From the NCBI GenBank assembly GCA_030390025.1, contig CM059431.1:96350001-96414000 (forward strand): a DNA stretch of 64,000 nt, given 5' to 3'. Positions 50,501-64,000 of the stretch are shown piece by piece. The notes beneath the pieces are model-generated. The model had not been told where the DNA came from, did no database searches, and was given only the letters and a program-made list of their open reading frames with translations. Source of the stretch: Squalus acanthias. Lineage: Eukaryota. Position numbers and translations under genes: made by a program. Numbering within the stretch: the stretch's first letter is position 1; the number at the start of each line of letters is the position of its first letter.

Positions 50501-53500
50501 AATGAAAAGTTGCCAATTCGTTCCATTCCAATTTAATCCAATGAACAGTTTCCAATTTGTTCCATTCAAATACAAACCAATGAACAGTTTCCAATTCGCT
50601 CCATTCCTATTCAATCCAATGAACAGTTTCCATTTCGTTGCATTCCACTTCAATTCTATGAACAGTTTCCAATTCGTTCCATTCCAATTCAATCCAAAGA
50701 ACGGATTCCAATTCATTCCTTTCCAATTCAAACCAATACTCAGTTTCCAAATCGTTCCAGTCCAATTCAATCCAATGAACAGTTTCCAATTTGTTCCATT
50801 ACAAATCAATCCAGTGAACAGTTTCCAATTCGTTCCATTCCAATCCAATCCAATGAACAGATTCCATTTCGTTCCATTCCAAATCAATCCAGTGAACAGT
50901 TTCCAATTCGTTCCATTCCAATCCAATCCAATGAACAGATTCCATTTCGTTCCATTCCAAATCAATCCAATGAACAGTTTCCAATTTGTTCCATTCCAAT
51001 TGAATCCAATACTCAGATTCCAATTCGTTCCATTCCAATTCAATCCAAATATCTCAGTTTCCAATTCGTTCCAATTCCAACCAATACTCAGTTTACAATA
51101 CGTTCCATTCTAATTCAATCCAATACTCAGTTTCCAATTCGTTCCATTCCAATTCAATCCAATATTCAGTTTCCAATTCGTTCCATTCAAATTCAGTCCT
51201 TGAAGAGGATCGAATTCGTTCCATTCCAATTCAATCAAATAAACAGTTTCCAATTCGTTCCATTCCTGTTCAATCCAATGAACAATTTCCAATTCGTTCC
51301 ATTCCAATTCAATCCAATGAACAGCTTCCAATTCATTCCATTTCAATTCAATCCAATGAACAAGTTCCAATTCATTCCATTCCATTTCAATCCAATGCTC
51401 ACTTTCCAATTCGCTCTGTGCCAATTCAATCCAAGGCTCAGTTTCCAAATCGTTCCATTCCAATTCAATCCAATGAACAATTTCCAATTCGTTCCATTCC
51501 ATTGCAATCCAATGCTCAGTTTCCAATTCGCTCCGTTCCAATTCAATCCAAGGCTCAGTTTCCAAATCGTTCCATTCCAATTCAATCCAATTAACAATTT
51601 CCACTTCGTTTCTTTCCACCTGAATCCAATACTCAGTTTCCAATTCTTTAAATTCCAATGCAATACAATACTCAGTTTCCACTAAGTTCCAGTCCAACTC
51701 AATCCAATATTGAGTTTCCAAACCGTTCAGGTCCACTACAATCCCAGTCTCAGTTTCTAATTCGATCCATTGCAATTCAATCCATACCTAGTTTCCAATT
51801 CGTTCCATTCTAATTCAATCCAAGACTCAGTTTCAAAATAGTTCCAGTCCACGTCAATCCAATACTCAGTTACTAATTCGTTCCATTCCATTTCAATCCA
51901 AAAGTCTGATCCAATTTGTTCCAGTCCAATTCAAGCCAATACTCAGTTTGAAGTTCGTTCCATTCCAATTCAATCCAAAATTCAGTTTCTAATCCGTTCC
52001 AGTCCACTTCAATCCAATACTCAGTTACTAATCCGTTCCATTCCAATTCAATCCAATACTCAATTTCCAATTCGTTGCAATCCACTTCAAACCAATACTT
52101 ATTTTTGAATTCTTCCCATTCCATTTCCATCCAATAGTCAGTTTCCACTTCATCCCACTCCAATTCAATCGAATGCTCAGTTTCCAATTTGTTCCATTCC
52201 AATTCAACCCAATACTCCGTTTCAAATTCGTTCCATTCCAATTCAATTCAATGAACATTTGCCGATTCGTTCCATTAATATTCAATCCAATGAACAGTTT
52301 CCGATTCTTTCCATTCCAATTCAGTCCAATGAACAGTTTCCAATTCGTTCTATTCCAATTCAATCCAATGAAAAGTTTCCAATTTTTTCCATTCCAAATC
52401 AATCCAATGAACAGTTTACAATCCGTTCAATTCCAATTCAATCCAATTGAAAGTTTCCAATTCTTTCCATTCCAATTCAAGCAAATGAAAAGTTGCCAAT
52501 TCGTTCCATTCCAATTTAATCCAATGAACAGTTTCCAATTCGTTCCATTCAAATTCAAACCAAATGAACAGTTTCCAATTCGTCCCATTCCTATTCAATC
52601 CAATGAACAGTTTCCAAATCATTCCATTCCAATTCAATCCAATGAACAGTTTCCATTTCGTTCCATTACAAATCAATCCAATGAACAGTTTCCAATTCGT
52701 TCAATTCCAATTCAATCCAATGAACAGTTTCCAATTCGTTCCATTCCAATTCAATCCAATGAACAGTTTACAATCCGTTCAATTGCAATTCAATCCAATT
52801 AAAAGTTTCCAATTCTTTCCATTCCAATTCAAGCAAATGAAAAGTTGCCAATTCGTTCCATTCCAATTTAATCCAATGAACAGTTTCCAATTTGTTCCAT
52901 TCAAATTCAAACCAATGAACAGTTTCTAATTTGTTCCATTCAAATTCAGTCCAATGAACAGTTTCCAATTCTTTCCATTCCAATTCAATCCAATGAACAG
53001 TTTACAATCCGTTCAATTGCAATTCAATCCAATTAAAAGTTTCCAATTCTTTCCATTCCAATTCAAGCAAATGAAAAGTTGCCAATTCGTTCCATTCCAA
53101 TTTAATCCAATGAACAGTTTCCAATTTGTTCCATTCAAATTCAAACCAATGAACAGTTTCTAATTTGTTCCATTCCAATTCAATACAATGAACAGTTTCC
53201 ATTTCGTTCCATTCCAAATCAATCCAATGAACAGTTTCCAATTCGTTCCATTCCAATTCAATCCAAATATCTCAGTTTCCAATTCGTTCCATTCCAATTC
53301 TAACCAATACTCAGTTTACAATTCGTTCCATTCTAATTCAATCCAATACTCAGTTTCCAATTCGTTCCATTCCAATTCAATCCAATATTCAGTTTCCAAT
53401 TTGTTCCATTCAAATTCAGTCCAATGAAGAGTATCGAATTCGTTCCATTCCAATTCAATCAAATGAACAGTTTCCAATTCGTTCCATTCCTGTTCAATCC

Positions 53501-56500
53501 AATGAACAATTTCCAATTCGTTCCATTCCAATTCAATCCAATCAACAGCTTCCAATTCATTCCATTCCAATTCAATCCAATGAACAAGTTCCAATTCATT
53601 CCATTCCATTTCAATCCAATGCTCACTTTCCAATTCGCTCCATTCCAATTCAATCCAAGGCTCAGTTTCCAAATCGTTCCATTCCAATTCAATCCAATGA
53701 ACAATTTCCAATTCGTTTCTTTCCACCTGAATCCAATACTCAGTTTCCAATTCTTTAAATTCCAATGCAATACAATACTCAGTTTCCACTAAGTTCCAGT
53801 CCAACTCAATCCAATATTGAGTTTCCAAACCGTTCAGGTCCACTACAATCCCAGTCTCAATTTCTAATTCGATCCATTGCAATTCAATCCATACTCAGTT
53901 TCCAATTCGTTCCATTCTAATTCAATCCAAGACTCAGTTTCAAAATAGTTCCAGTCCACGTCAATCCAATACTCAGTTTCTAATTCGTTCCATTCCATTT
54001 CAATCCAAAAGTCTGATCCAATTTGTTCCAGTCCAATTCAAGCCAATACTCAGTTTCAAGTTCGTTCCATTCCAATTCAATCCAATACTCAATTTCCAAT
54101 TCGTTCCAGTCCACTTCAATCCAATACTCAGTTTCTAATCCGTTCCATTCCAATTCAATCCAATACTCAATTTCCAATTCGTTGCAATCCACTTCAAACC
54201 AATACTTATTTTTGAATTCTTCCCATTCCATTTCCATCCAATAGTCAGTTTCCACTTCATCCCACTCCAATTCAATCGAATACTCAGTTTCCAATTCTTT
54301 CCATTCCAATTCAGTCCAATGAACAGTTTCCAATTCGTTCCATTCCAATTCAATCCAATGAAAAGTTTCCAATTTTTTCCATTCCAATTCAATCCAATGA
54401 ACAGTTTACAATCCGTTCAATTCCAATTCAATCCAATTAAAAGTATCCAATTCTTTCCATTCCAATTCAAGCAAATGAAAAGTTGCCAATTCGTTCCATT
54501 CCAATTTAATCCAATGAACAGTTTCCAATTCGTTCCATTCAAATTCAAACCAATGAACAGTTTCCAATTCGTCCCATTCCTATTCAATCCAATGAATAGT
54601 TTCCAATTCGTTCCATTCCAATTCAATCCAATGAACAGTTTCCATTTCGTTCCATTACAGATCAATCCAATGAACAGTTTCCAATTCGTTCAATTCCAAA
54701 TCAATCCAATGAACAGTTTCCAATTCGTTCCATTCCAATTCAATCCAATGAACATTTTCCATTTTGTTCCATTCCAATTCAATCCAATACTCAGATTCCA
54801 ATTCGTTCCATTCCAATTTAATCCAAATGTCTCAGTTTCCAATTTGTTCCATTCCAATTCAACCCAATACTCCGTTTCAAATTCGTTCCATTCCAATTCA
54901 ATCCAATGAACAGTTTCCAATTTGTTCCATTCAAATTCAGTCCAATGAACAGTTTCCAATTCTTTCCATTCCAATTCAATCCAATGAACAGTTTACAATC
55001 CGTTCAATTGCAATTCAATCCAATTAAAAGTTTCCAATTCTTTCCATTCCAATTCAAGCAAATGAAAAGTTGCCAATTCATTCCATTCCAATTTAATCCA
55101 ATGAACAGTTTCCAATTTGTTCCATTCAAATTCAAACCAATGAACAGTTTCTAATTTGTTCCATTCCAATTCAATACAATGAACAGTTTCCATTTCATTC
55201 CATTCCAAATCAATCCAATGAACAGTTTCCAATTCGTTCCATTCCAATTCAATCCAAATATCTCAGTTTCCAATTCGTTCCATTCCAATTCCAACCAATA
55301 CTCAGTTTACAATTCGTTCCATTCTAATTCAATCCAATACTCAGTTTCCAATTCGTTCCATTCCAATTCAATCCAATATTCAGTTTCCAATTCGTTCCAT
55401 TCAAATTTAGTCCAATGAAGAGTATCGAATTCGTTCCATTCCAATTCAATCAAATAAACAGTTTCCAATTCGTTCCATTCCTGTTCAATCCAATGAACAA
55501 TTTCCAATTCATTCCATTCCAATTCAATCCAATCAACAGCTTCCAATTCATTCCATTCCAATTCAATCCAATGAACAAGTTCCAATTCATTCCATTCCAT
55601 TTCAATCCAATGCTCACTTTCCAATTCGCTCCATTCCAATTCAATCCAAGGCTCAGTTTCCAAATCGTTCCATTCCAATTCAATCCAATTAACAATTTCC
55701 AATTCGTTTCTTTCCACCTGAATCCAATACTCAGTTTCCAATTCTTTAAATTCCAATGCAATACAATACTCAGTTTCCACTAAGTTCCAGTCCAACTCAA
55801 TCCAATATTGAGTTTCCAAACCGTTCAGGTCCACTACAATCCCAGTCTCAATTTCTAATTCGATCCATTGCAATTCAATCCATACTCAGTTTCCAATTCG
55901 TTCCATTCTAATTCAATCCAAGACTCAGTTTCAAAATAGTTCCAGTCCACGTCAATCCAATACTCAGTTTCTAATTCGTTCCATTCCATTTCAATCCAAA
56001 AGTCTGATCCAATTTGTTCCAGTCCAATTCAAGCCAATACTCAGTTTCAAGTTCGTTCCATTCCAATTCAATCCAAAATTCAGTTTCTAATCCGTTCCAG
56101 TCCACTTCAATCCAATACTCAGTTTCTAATCCGTTCCATTCCAATTCAATCCAATACTCAATTTCCAATTCGTTGCAATCCACTTCAAACCAATACTTAT
56201 TTTTGAATTCTTCCCATTCCATTTCCATCCAATAGTCAGTTTCCACTTCATCCCACTCCAATTCAATCGAATACTCAGTTTCCAATTCTTTCCATTCCAA
56301 TTCAGTCCAATGAACAGTTTCCAATTTTTTCCATTCCAATTCAATCCAATGAACAGTTTACAATCCGTTGAATTCCAATTCAATCCAATTAAAAGTTTCC
56401 AATTCTTTCCATTCCAATTCAAGCAAATGAAAAGTTGCCAATTCGTTCCATTCCAATTTAATCCAATGAACAGTTTCCAATTTGTTCCATTCAAATTCAA

Positions 56501-59500
56501 ACCAATGAACAGTTTCCAATTCGTCCCATTCCTATTCAATCCAATGAACAGTTTCCAATTCGTTCCATTCCAATTCAATCCAATGAACAGTTTCCATTTC
56601 GTTCCATTTCAGATCAATCCAATGAACAGTTTCCAATTCGTTCAATTCCAAATCAATCCAATGAACAGTTTCCAATTCGTTCCATTCCAATTCAATCCAA
56701 TGAACATTTTCCATTTTGTTCCATTCCAATTCAATCCAATACTCAGATTCCAATTCGTTCCAATCCAATTCAATCCAAATATCTCAGTTTCCAATTTGTT
56801 CCATTCCAATTCAACCCAATACTCCGTTTCAAATTCGTTCCATTCCAATTCAATCCAATGAACAGTTTCCAATTTGTTCCATTCAAATTCAGTCCAATGA
56901 ACAGTTTCCAATTCTTTCCATTCCAAATCAGTCCAATGAACAGTTTCCAATTCGTTCCATTCCAATTCAATCCAATGAACAGTTTACAATCCGTTGAATT
57001 CCAATTCAATCCAATTAAAAGTTTCCAATTCTTTCCATTCCAATTCAAGCAAATGAAAAGTTGCCAATTCGTTCCATTCCAATTTAATCCAATGAACAGT
57101 TTCCAATTTGTTCCATTCAAATTCAAACCAATGAACAGTTTCCAATTCGCTCCATTCCTATTCAATCCAATGAACAGTTTCCATTTCATTGCATTCCACT
57201 TCAATTCTATGAACAGTTTCCAATTCGTTCCATTCCAATTCAATCCAAAGAACGGATTCCAATTCATTCCTTTCCAATTCAAACCAATACTCAGTTTCCA
57301 AATCATTCCAGTCCAATTCAATCCAATGAACAGTTTCCAATTTGTTCCATTACAAATCAATCCAGTGAACAGTTTCCAATTCGTTCCATTCCAATCCAAT
57401 CCAATGAACAGATTCCAATTCCTTCCATTCCAATTCAATCCAATGAACAGTTTCCAAATCGTTCCATTCCAATTCAATACAATGAACAGTTTCCATTTCG
57501 TTCCATTCCAAATCAATCCAATGAACAGTTTCCAATTCGTTCCATTCCAATTCAATCCAATACTCAGATTCCAATTCGTTCCATTCCAATTCAATCCAAA
57601 TATCTCAGTTTCCAATTCATTCCATTCCAATTACAACCAATACTCAGTTTACAATTCGTTCCATTCTAATTCAATCCAATACTCAGTTTACAATTCGTTC
57701 CATTCCAATTCAATCCAATATTCAGTTTCCAATTCATTCCATTCAAATTCAGTCCAATGAAGAGTATCGAATTCGTTCCATTCCAATTCAATCAAATAAA
57801 CAGTTTCCAATTCGTTCCATTCCTGTTCAATCCAATGAACAATTTCCAATTCGTTCCATTCCAATTCAATCCAAGGAACAAGTTCCAATTCATTCCATTC
57901 CATTTCAATCCAATGCTCACTTTCCAATTCGCTCTGTTCCAATTCAATCCAAGGCTCAGTTTCCAAATCGTTCCATTCCAATTCAATCCAATGAACAATT
58001 TCCAATTCGTTTCTTTCCACCTGAATCCAATACTCAGTTTACAATTCTTTCATTTCCAATGCAATACAATACTCAGTTTCCACTAAGTTCCAGTCCAACT
58101 CAATCCAATATTGAGTTTCCAAACCGTTCAGGTCCAATACAATCCCAGTCTCAGTTTCTAATCCGATCCATTGCAATTCAATCCATACTCAGTTTCCAAT
58201 TCGTTCCATTCTAATTCAATCCAAGACTCAGTTTCAAAATAGTTCTAGTCCACGTCAATCCAATACTCAGTTTCTAATTCGTTCCATTCCATTTCAATCC
58301 AAAAGTCTGATCCAATTTGTTCCAGTCCAATTCAAGCCAATACTCAGTTTCAAGTTCGTTCCATTCCAATTCAATCCAAAATTCAGTTTCTAATCCGTTC
58401 CAGTCCACTTCAATCCAATACTCAGTTTCTAATCCGTTCCATTCCAATTCAATCCAATACTCAGTTTCCAATTCGTTGCAATCCACTTCAAACCAATACA
58501 TATTTTTGAATTCTTCCCATTCCATTTCCATCCAATAGTCAGTTTCCACTTCATCCCACTCCAATTCAATCGAATACTCAGTTTCCAATTCTTTCCATTC
58601 CAATTCAGTCCAATGAACAGTTTCCAATTTTTTCCATTCCAATTCAATCCAATGAACAGTTTACAATCCGTTGAATTCCAATTCAATCCAATTAAAAGTT
58701 TCCAATTCTTTCCATTCCAATTCAAGCAAATGAAAAGTTGCCAATTCGTTCCATTCCAATTTAATCCAATGAACAGTTTCCAATTTGTTCCATTCAAATT
58801 CAAACCAATGAACAGTTTCCAATTCGTCCCATTCCTATTCAATCCAATGAACAGTTTCCAATTCGTTCCATTCCAATTCAATCCAATGAACAGTTTCCAT
58901 TTCGTTCCATTTCAGATCAATCCAATGAACAGTTTCCAATTCGTTCAATTCCAAATCAATCCAATGAACAGTTTCCAATTCGTTCCATTCCAATTCAATC
59001 CAATGAACATTTTCCATTTTGTTCCATTCCAATTCAATCCAATACTCAGATTCCAATTCGTTCCAATCCAATTCAATCCAAATATCTCAGTTTCCAATTT
59101 GTTCCATTCCAATTCAACCCAATACTCCGTTTCAAATTCGTTCCATTCCAATTCAATCCAATGAACAGTTTCCAATTTGTTCCATTCAAATTCAGTCCAA
59201 TGAACAGTTTCCAATTCTTTCCATTCCAAATCAGTCCAATGAACAGTTTCCAATTCATTCCATTCCAATTCAATCCAATGAACAGTTTACAATCCGTTGA
59301 ATTCCAATTCAATCCAATTAAAAGTTTCCAATTCTTTCCATTCCAATTCAAGCAAATGAAAAGTTGCCAATTCGTTCCATTCCAATTTAATCCAATGAAC
59401 AGTTTCCAATTTGTTCCATTCAAATTCAAACCAATGAACAGTTTCCAATTCGCTCCATTCCTATTCAATCCAATGAACAGTTTCCATTTCATTGCATTCC

Positions 59501-62500
59501 ACTTCAATTCTATGAACAGTTTCCAATTCGTTCCATTCCAATTCAATCCAAAGAACGGATTCCAATTCATTCCTTTCCAATTCAAACCAATACTCAGTTT
59601 CCAAATCATTCCAGTCCAATTCAATCCAATGAACAGTTTCCAATTTGTTCCATTACAAATCAATCCAGTGAACAGTTTCCAATTCGTTCCATTCCAATCC
59701 AATCCAATGAACAGTTTCCAATTCGTTCCATTCCAATTCAATCCAATACTCAGATTCCAATTCGTTCCATTCCAATTCAATCCAAATATCTCAGTTTCCA
59801 ATTCATTCCATTCCAATTACAACCAATACTCAGTTTACAATTCGTTCCATTCTAATTCAATCCAATACTCAGTTTACAATTCGTTCCATTCCAATTCAAT
59901 CCAATATTCAGTTTCCAATTCATTCCATTCAAATTCAGTCCAATGAAGAGTATCGAATTCGTTCCATTCCAATTCAATCAAATAAACAGTTTCCAATTCG
60001 TTCCATTCCTGTTCAATCCAATGAACAATTTCCAATTCGTTCCATTCCAATTCAATCCAAGGAACAAGTTCCAATTCATTCCATTCCATTTCAATCCAAT
60101 GCTCACTTTCCAATTCGCTCTGTTCCAATTCAATCCAAGGCTCAGTTTCCAAATCGTTCCATTCCAATTCAATCCAATGAACAATTTCCAATTCGTTTCT
60201 TTCCACCTGAATCCAATACTCAGTTTACAATTCTTTCATTTCCAATGCAATACAATACTCAGTTTCCACTAAGTTCCAGTCCAACTCAATCCAATATTGA
60301 GTTTCCAAACCGTTCAGGTCCAATACAATCCCAGTCTCAGTTTCTAATCCGATCCATTGCAATTCAATCCATACTCAGTTTCCAATTCGTTCCATTCTAA
60401 TTCAATCCAAGACTCAGTTTCAAAATAGTTCTAGTCCACGTCAATCCAATACTCAGTTTCTAATTCGTTCCATTCCATTTCAATCCAAAAGTCTGATCCA
60501 ATTTGTTCCAGTCCAATTCAAGCCAATACTCAGTTTGAAGTTCGTTCCATTCCAATTCAATCCAAAATTCAGTTTCTAATCCGTTCCAGTCCACTTCAAT
60601 CCAATACTCAGTTTCTAATCCGTTCCATTCCAATTCAATCCAATACTCAGTTTCCAATTCGTTGCAATCCACTTCAAACCAATACTTATTTTTGAATTCT
60701 TCCCATTCCATTTCCATCCAATAGTCAGTTTCCACTTCATCCCACTCCAATTCAATCGAATACTCAGTTTCCAATTCGTTCCATTCCAATTCAACCCAAT
60801 ACTCCGTTTCAAATTCGTTCCATTCCAATTCAATCCAATGAACATTTGCCAATTCGTTCCATTAATATTCAATCCAATGAACAGTTTCCAATTCTTTCCA
60901 TTCCAATTCAGTCCAATGAACAGTTTCCAATTCGTTCCATTCCAATTCAATCCAATGAACAGTTTACAATCCGTTCAATTCCAATTCAATCCAATTAAAA
61001 GTTTCCAATTCTTTCCATTCCAATTCAAGCAAATGAAAAGTTGCCAATTCGTTCCATTCCAATATAATCCAAGGAACAGTTTCCAATTCGTTCCATTCAA
61101 ATTCAAACCAATGAACAGTTTCCAATTCGTCCCATTCCTATTCAATCCAATGAACAGTTTCCATTTCGTTGCATTCCACTTCAATTCTATGAACAGTTTC
61201 CAATTCGTTCCATTACAATTCAATCCAAAACTCAAGTTTCCAATTCGTTCCATTCCAATTCAATCCAAAGAACGGATTCCAATTCATTCCATTCCAATTC
61301 AAACCAATACTCAGTTTCCAAATCGTTCCAGTCCAATTCAATCCAATGAACAGTTTCCAATTTGTTCCATTACAAATCAATCCAGTGAACAGTTTCCAAT
61401 TCGTTCCATTCCAATCCAATCCAATGAACAGTTTCCAATTCCTTCCATTCCAATTCAATACAATGAACAGTTTCCAAATAATTCCATTCCAATTCAATCC
61501 AATGAACAGTTTCCATTTCGTTCCATTCCAATTCAATCCAATGAACAGTTTCCAATTCGTTCCATTCCAAATCAAACCAATGAACAGTTTCCAATTCGTT
61601 CACTTCCAATTCAATCCAATGAACATTTTCCATTTTCTTCCATTCCAATTCAATCCAATACTCAGATTCCAATTCGTTCCATTCCAATTCAATCCAAATA
61701 TCTCAGTTTCCAATTCGTTCCATTCCAATTCAATACAATGAACAGTTTCCAAATAGTTCCATTCCAATTCAATCCAATGAACAGTTTCCATTTCGTTCCA
61801 TTAGAAATCAATCCAATGAACAGTTTCCAATTCGTTCCATTCCAAATCAGTCCAATGAACAGTTTCCAAATCGTTCCATTACAATTCAATCTAAAACTCA
61901 AGTTTCCAATTCGTTCCATTCCAATTCAATCCAAAGAACGGATTCCAATTCATTCCATTCCAATTCAAACCAATACTCAGTTTCCAAATCGTTCCAGTCC
62001 AATTCAATCCAATGAACAGTTTCCAATTCGTTCCATTCCAATTCAATCCAAAGAACGGATTCCAATTCATTCCATTCCAATTCAAACTAATACTCAGTTT
62101 CCAAATCGTTCCATTCCAATTCAAGCAAATGAAAAGTTTCCAATTCGTTCCATTCCAAATCAATCCAATGAACAGTTTCCAATTTGTTTAATTCCAAATC
62201 AATCCAATGAACAGTTTCCAATTCGTTCCATTCCAATTCAATCCAATGAACATTTTCCATTTTGTTCCATTCCAATTCAATCCAATACTCAGATTCCAAT
62301 TCGTTCCATTCCAATTCAATCCAAATATCTCAGTTTCCAATTTGTTCCATTCCAATTCAACCCAATACTCCGTTTCAAATTCGTTCCATTCCAATTCAAT
62401 CCAATGAACAGTTTCCAATTTGTTCCATTCAAATTCAGTCCAATGAACAGTTTCCAATTCTTTCCATTCCAATTCAATCCAATGAACAGTTTACAATCCG

Positions 62501-64000
62501 TTCAATTCCAATTCAATCCAATTAAACGTTTCCAATTCTTTCCATTCCAAATCAAGCAAATGAAAAGTTGCCAATTCGTTCCATTCCAATTTAATCCAAT
62601 GAACAGTTTCCAATTTGTTCCATTCAAATACAAACCAATGAACAGTTTCCAATTCGCTCCATTCCTATTCAATCCAATGAACAGTTTCCATTTCGTTGCA
62701 TTCCACTTCAATTCTATGAACAGTTTCCAATTCGTTCCATTCCAATTCAATCCAAAGAACGGATTCCAATTCATTCCTTTCCAATTCAAACCAATACTCA
62801 GTTTCCAAATCGTTCCAGTCCAATTCAATCCAATGAACAGTTTCCAATTTGTTCCATTACAAATCAATCCAGTGAACAGTTTCCAATTCGTTCCATTCCA
62901 ATCCAATCCAATGAACAGATTCCATTTCGTTCCATTCCAAATCAATCCAGTGAACAGTTTCCAATTCGTTCCATTCCAATCCAATCCAATGAACAGATTC
63001 CATTTCGTTCCATTCCAAATCAATCCAATGAACAGTTTCCAATTTGTTCCATTCCAATTGAATCCAATACTCAGATTCCAATTCGTTCCATTCCAATTCA
63101 ATCCAAATATCTCAGTTTCCAATTCGTTCCAATTCCAACCAATACTCAGTTTACAATACGTTCCATTCTAATTCAATCCAATACTCAGTTTCCAATTCGT
63201 TCCATTCCAATTCAATCCAATATTCAGTTTCCAATTCGTTCCATTCAAATTCAGTCCTTGAAGAGGATCGAATTCGTTCCATTCCAATTCAATCAAATAA
63301 ACAGTTTCCAATTCGTTCCATTCCTGTTCAATCCAATGAACAATTTCCAATTCGTTCCATTCCAATTCAATCCAATGAACAGCTTCCAATTCATTCCATT
63401 TCAATTCAATCCAATGAACAAGTTCCAATTCATTCCATTCCATTTCAATCCAATGCTCACTTTCCAATTCGCTCTGTGCCAATTCAATCCAAGGCTCAGT
63501 TTCCAAATCGTTCCATTCCAATTCAATCCAATGAACAATTTCCAATTCGTTCCATTCCATTGCAATCCAATGCTCAGTTTCCAATTCGCTCCGTTCCAAT
63601 TCAATCCAAGGCTCAGTTTCCAAATCGTTCCATTCCAATTCAATCCAATTAACAATTTCCACTTCGTTTCTTTCCACCTGAATCCAATACTCAGTTTCCA
63701 ATTCTTTAAATTCCAATGCAATACAATACTCAGTTTCCACTAAGTTCCAGTCCAACTCAATCCAATATTGAGTTTCCAAACCGTTCAGGTCCACTACAAT
63801 CCCAGTCTCAGTTTCTAATTCGATCCATTGCAATTCAATCCATACCTAGTTTCCAATTCGTTCCATTCTAATTCAATCCAAGACTCAGTTTCAAAATAGT
63901 TCCAGTCCACGTCAATCCAATACTCAGTTACTAATTCGTTCCATTCCATTTCAATCCAAAAGTCTGATCCAATTTGTTCCAGTCCAATTCAAGCCAATAC
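17509..64000. repeat. 39-bp satellite, more homogeneous distal layer (mixed AATGAACAG- and AATACTCAG-type monomers) with higher-order repeats; continues beyond the window
   Basis: Consensus AATGAACAGTTTCCAATTCGTTCCATTCCAATTCAATCC. The landmark variant CCGTTCAGGTCCA recurs 21 times, and kb-scale blocks are duplicated. Confidence 0.97.
41400..64000. repeat. 12,058-bp higher-order tandem duplication within the satellite
   Basis: Constant offset of 12058 between matching ORF calls (41401/53459, 43249/55307, 48780/60838, 51110/63168) and between landmarks (41772/53830 through 51723/63781). Confidence 0.92.

Noticed and set aside
7477..64000. Hundreds of ORFs, up to 777 aa (MNSFQFVPFQFNP, WIELEWNELET and IGLNWNGTNWKL repeats)
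   Set aside because: The 39-bp period equals 13 codons and leaves several frames open on both strands. Frames switch at indels, so these are satellite artefacts.
17509..64000. CRISPR-like appearance (short repeats, GTTTCCAAT motif)
   Set aside because: Monomers are head-to-tail with no unique spacers, there are no cas genes, and the context is eukaryotic.
17509..64000. CENP-B box in the monomer (TTCGnnnnAnnC)
   Set aside because: The essential CGGG half is absent (CCAA instead).

Overview
Eukaryotic (probably vertebrate) heterochromatin-type window. Bases 1-7476 are the 3' part of an apparently intact, env-bearing LTR retroelement or endogenous retrovirus on the + strand. It carries a pol ORF open from the window edge (degenerate RNase H 'tether', active RNase H, integrase, long repetitive C-terminal tail). 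It also has a 783-aa env with an N-terminal Ig-like domain and a long paramyxo/pneumovirus F-like post-furin subunit (lokiretrovirus-like), a polypurine tract and a 1378-bp 3' LTR. From 7477 to the end lies a ~55-kb array of a 39-bp, TTCCA-pentamer-derived satellite with nested higher-order duplications of 1040, 1469, 2105, 2843, 8441 and 12058 bp. The array is interrupted once, by a 1667-bp solo LTR of a related subfamily (15842-17508, minus strand, GCCA target-site duplication). Both retroviral U5 junctions fall at the same CCA^ATAC step of the monomer. All ORFs called inside the satellite are artefacts of the 39-bp (13-codon) period.
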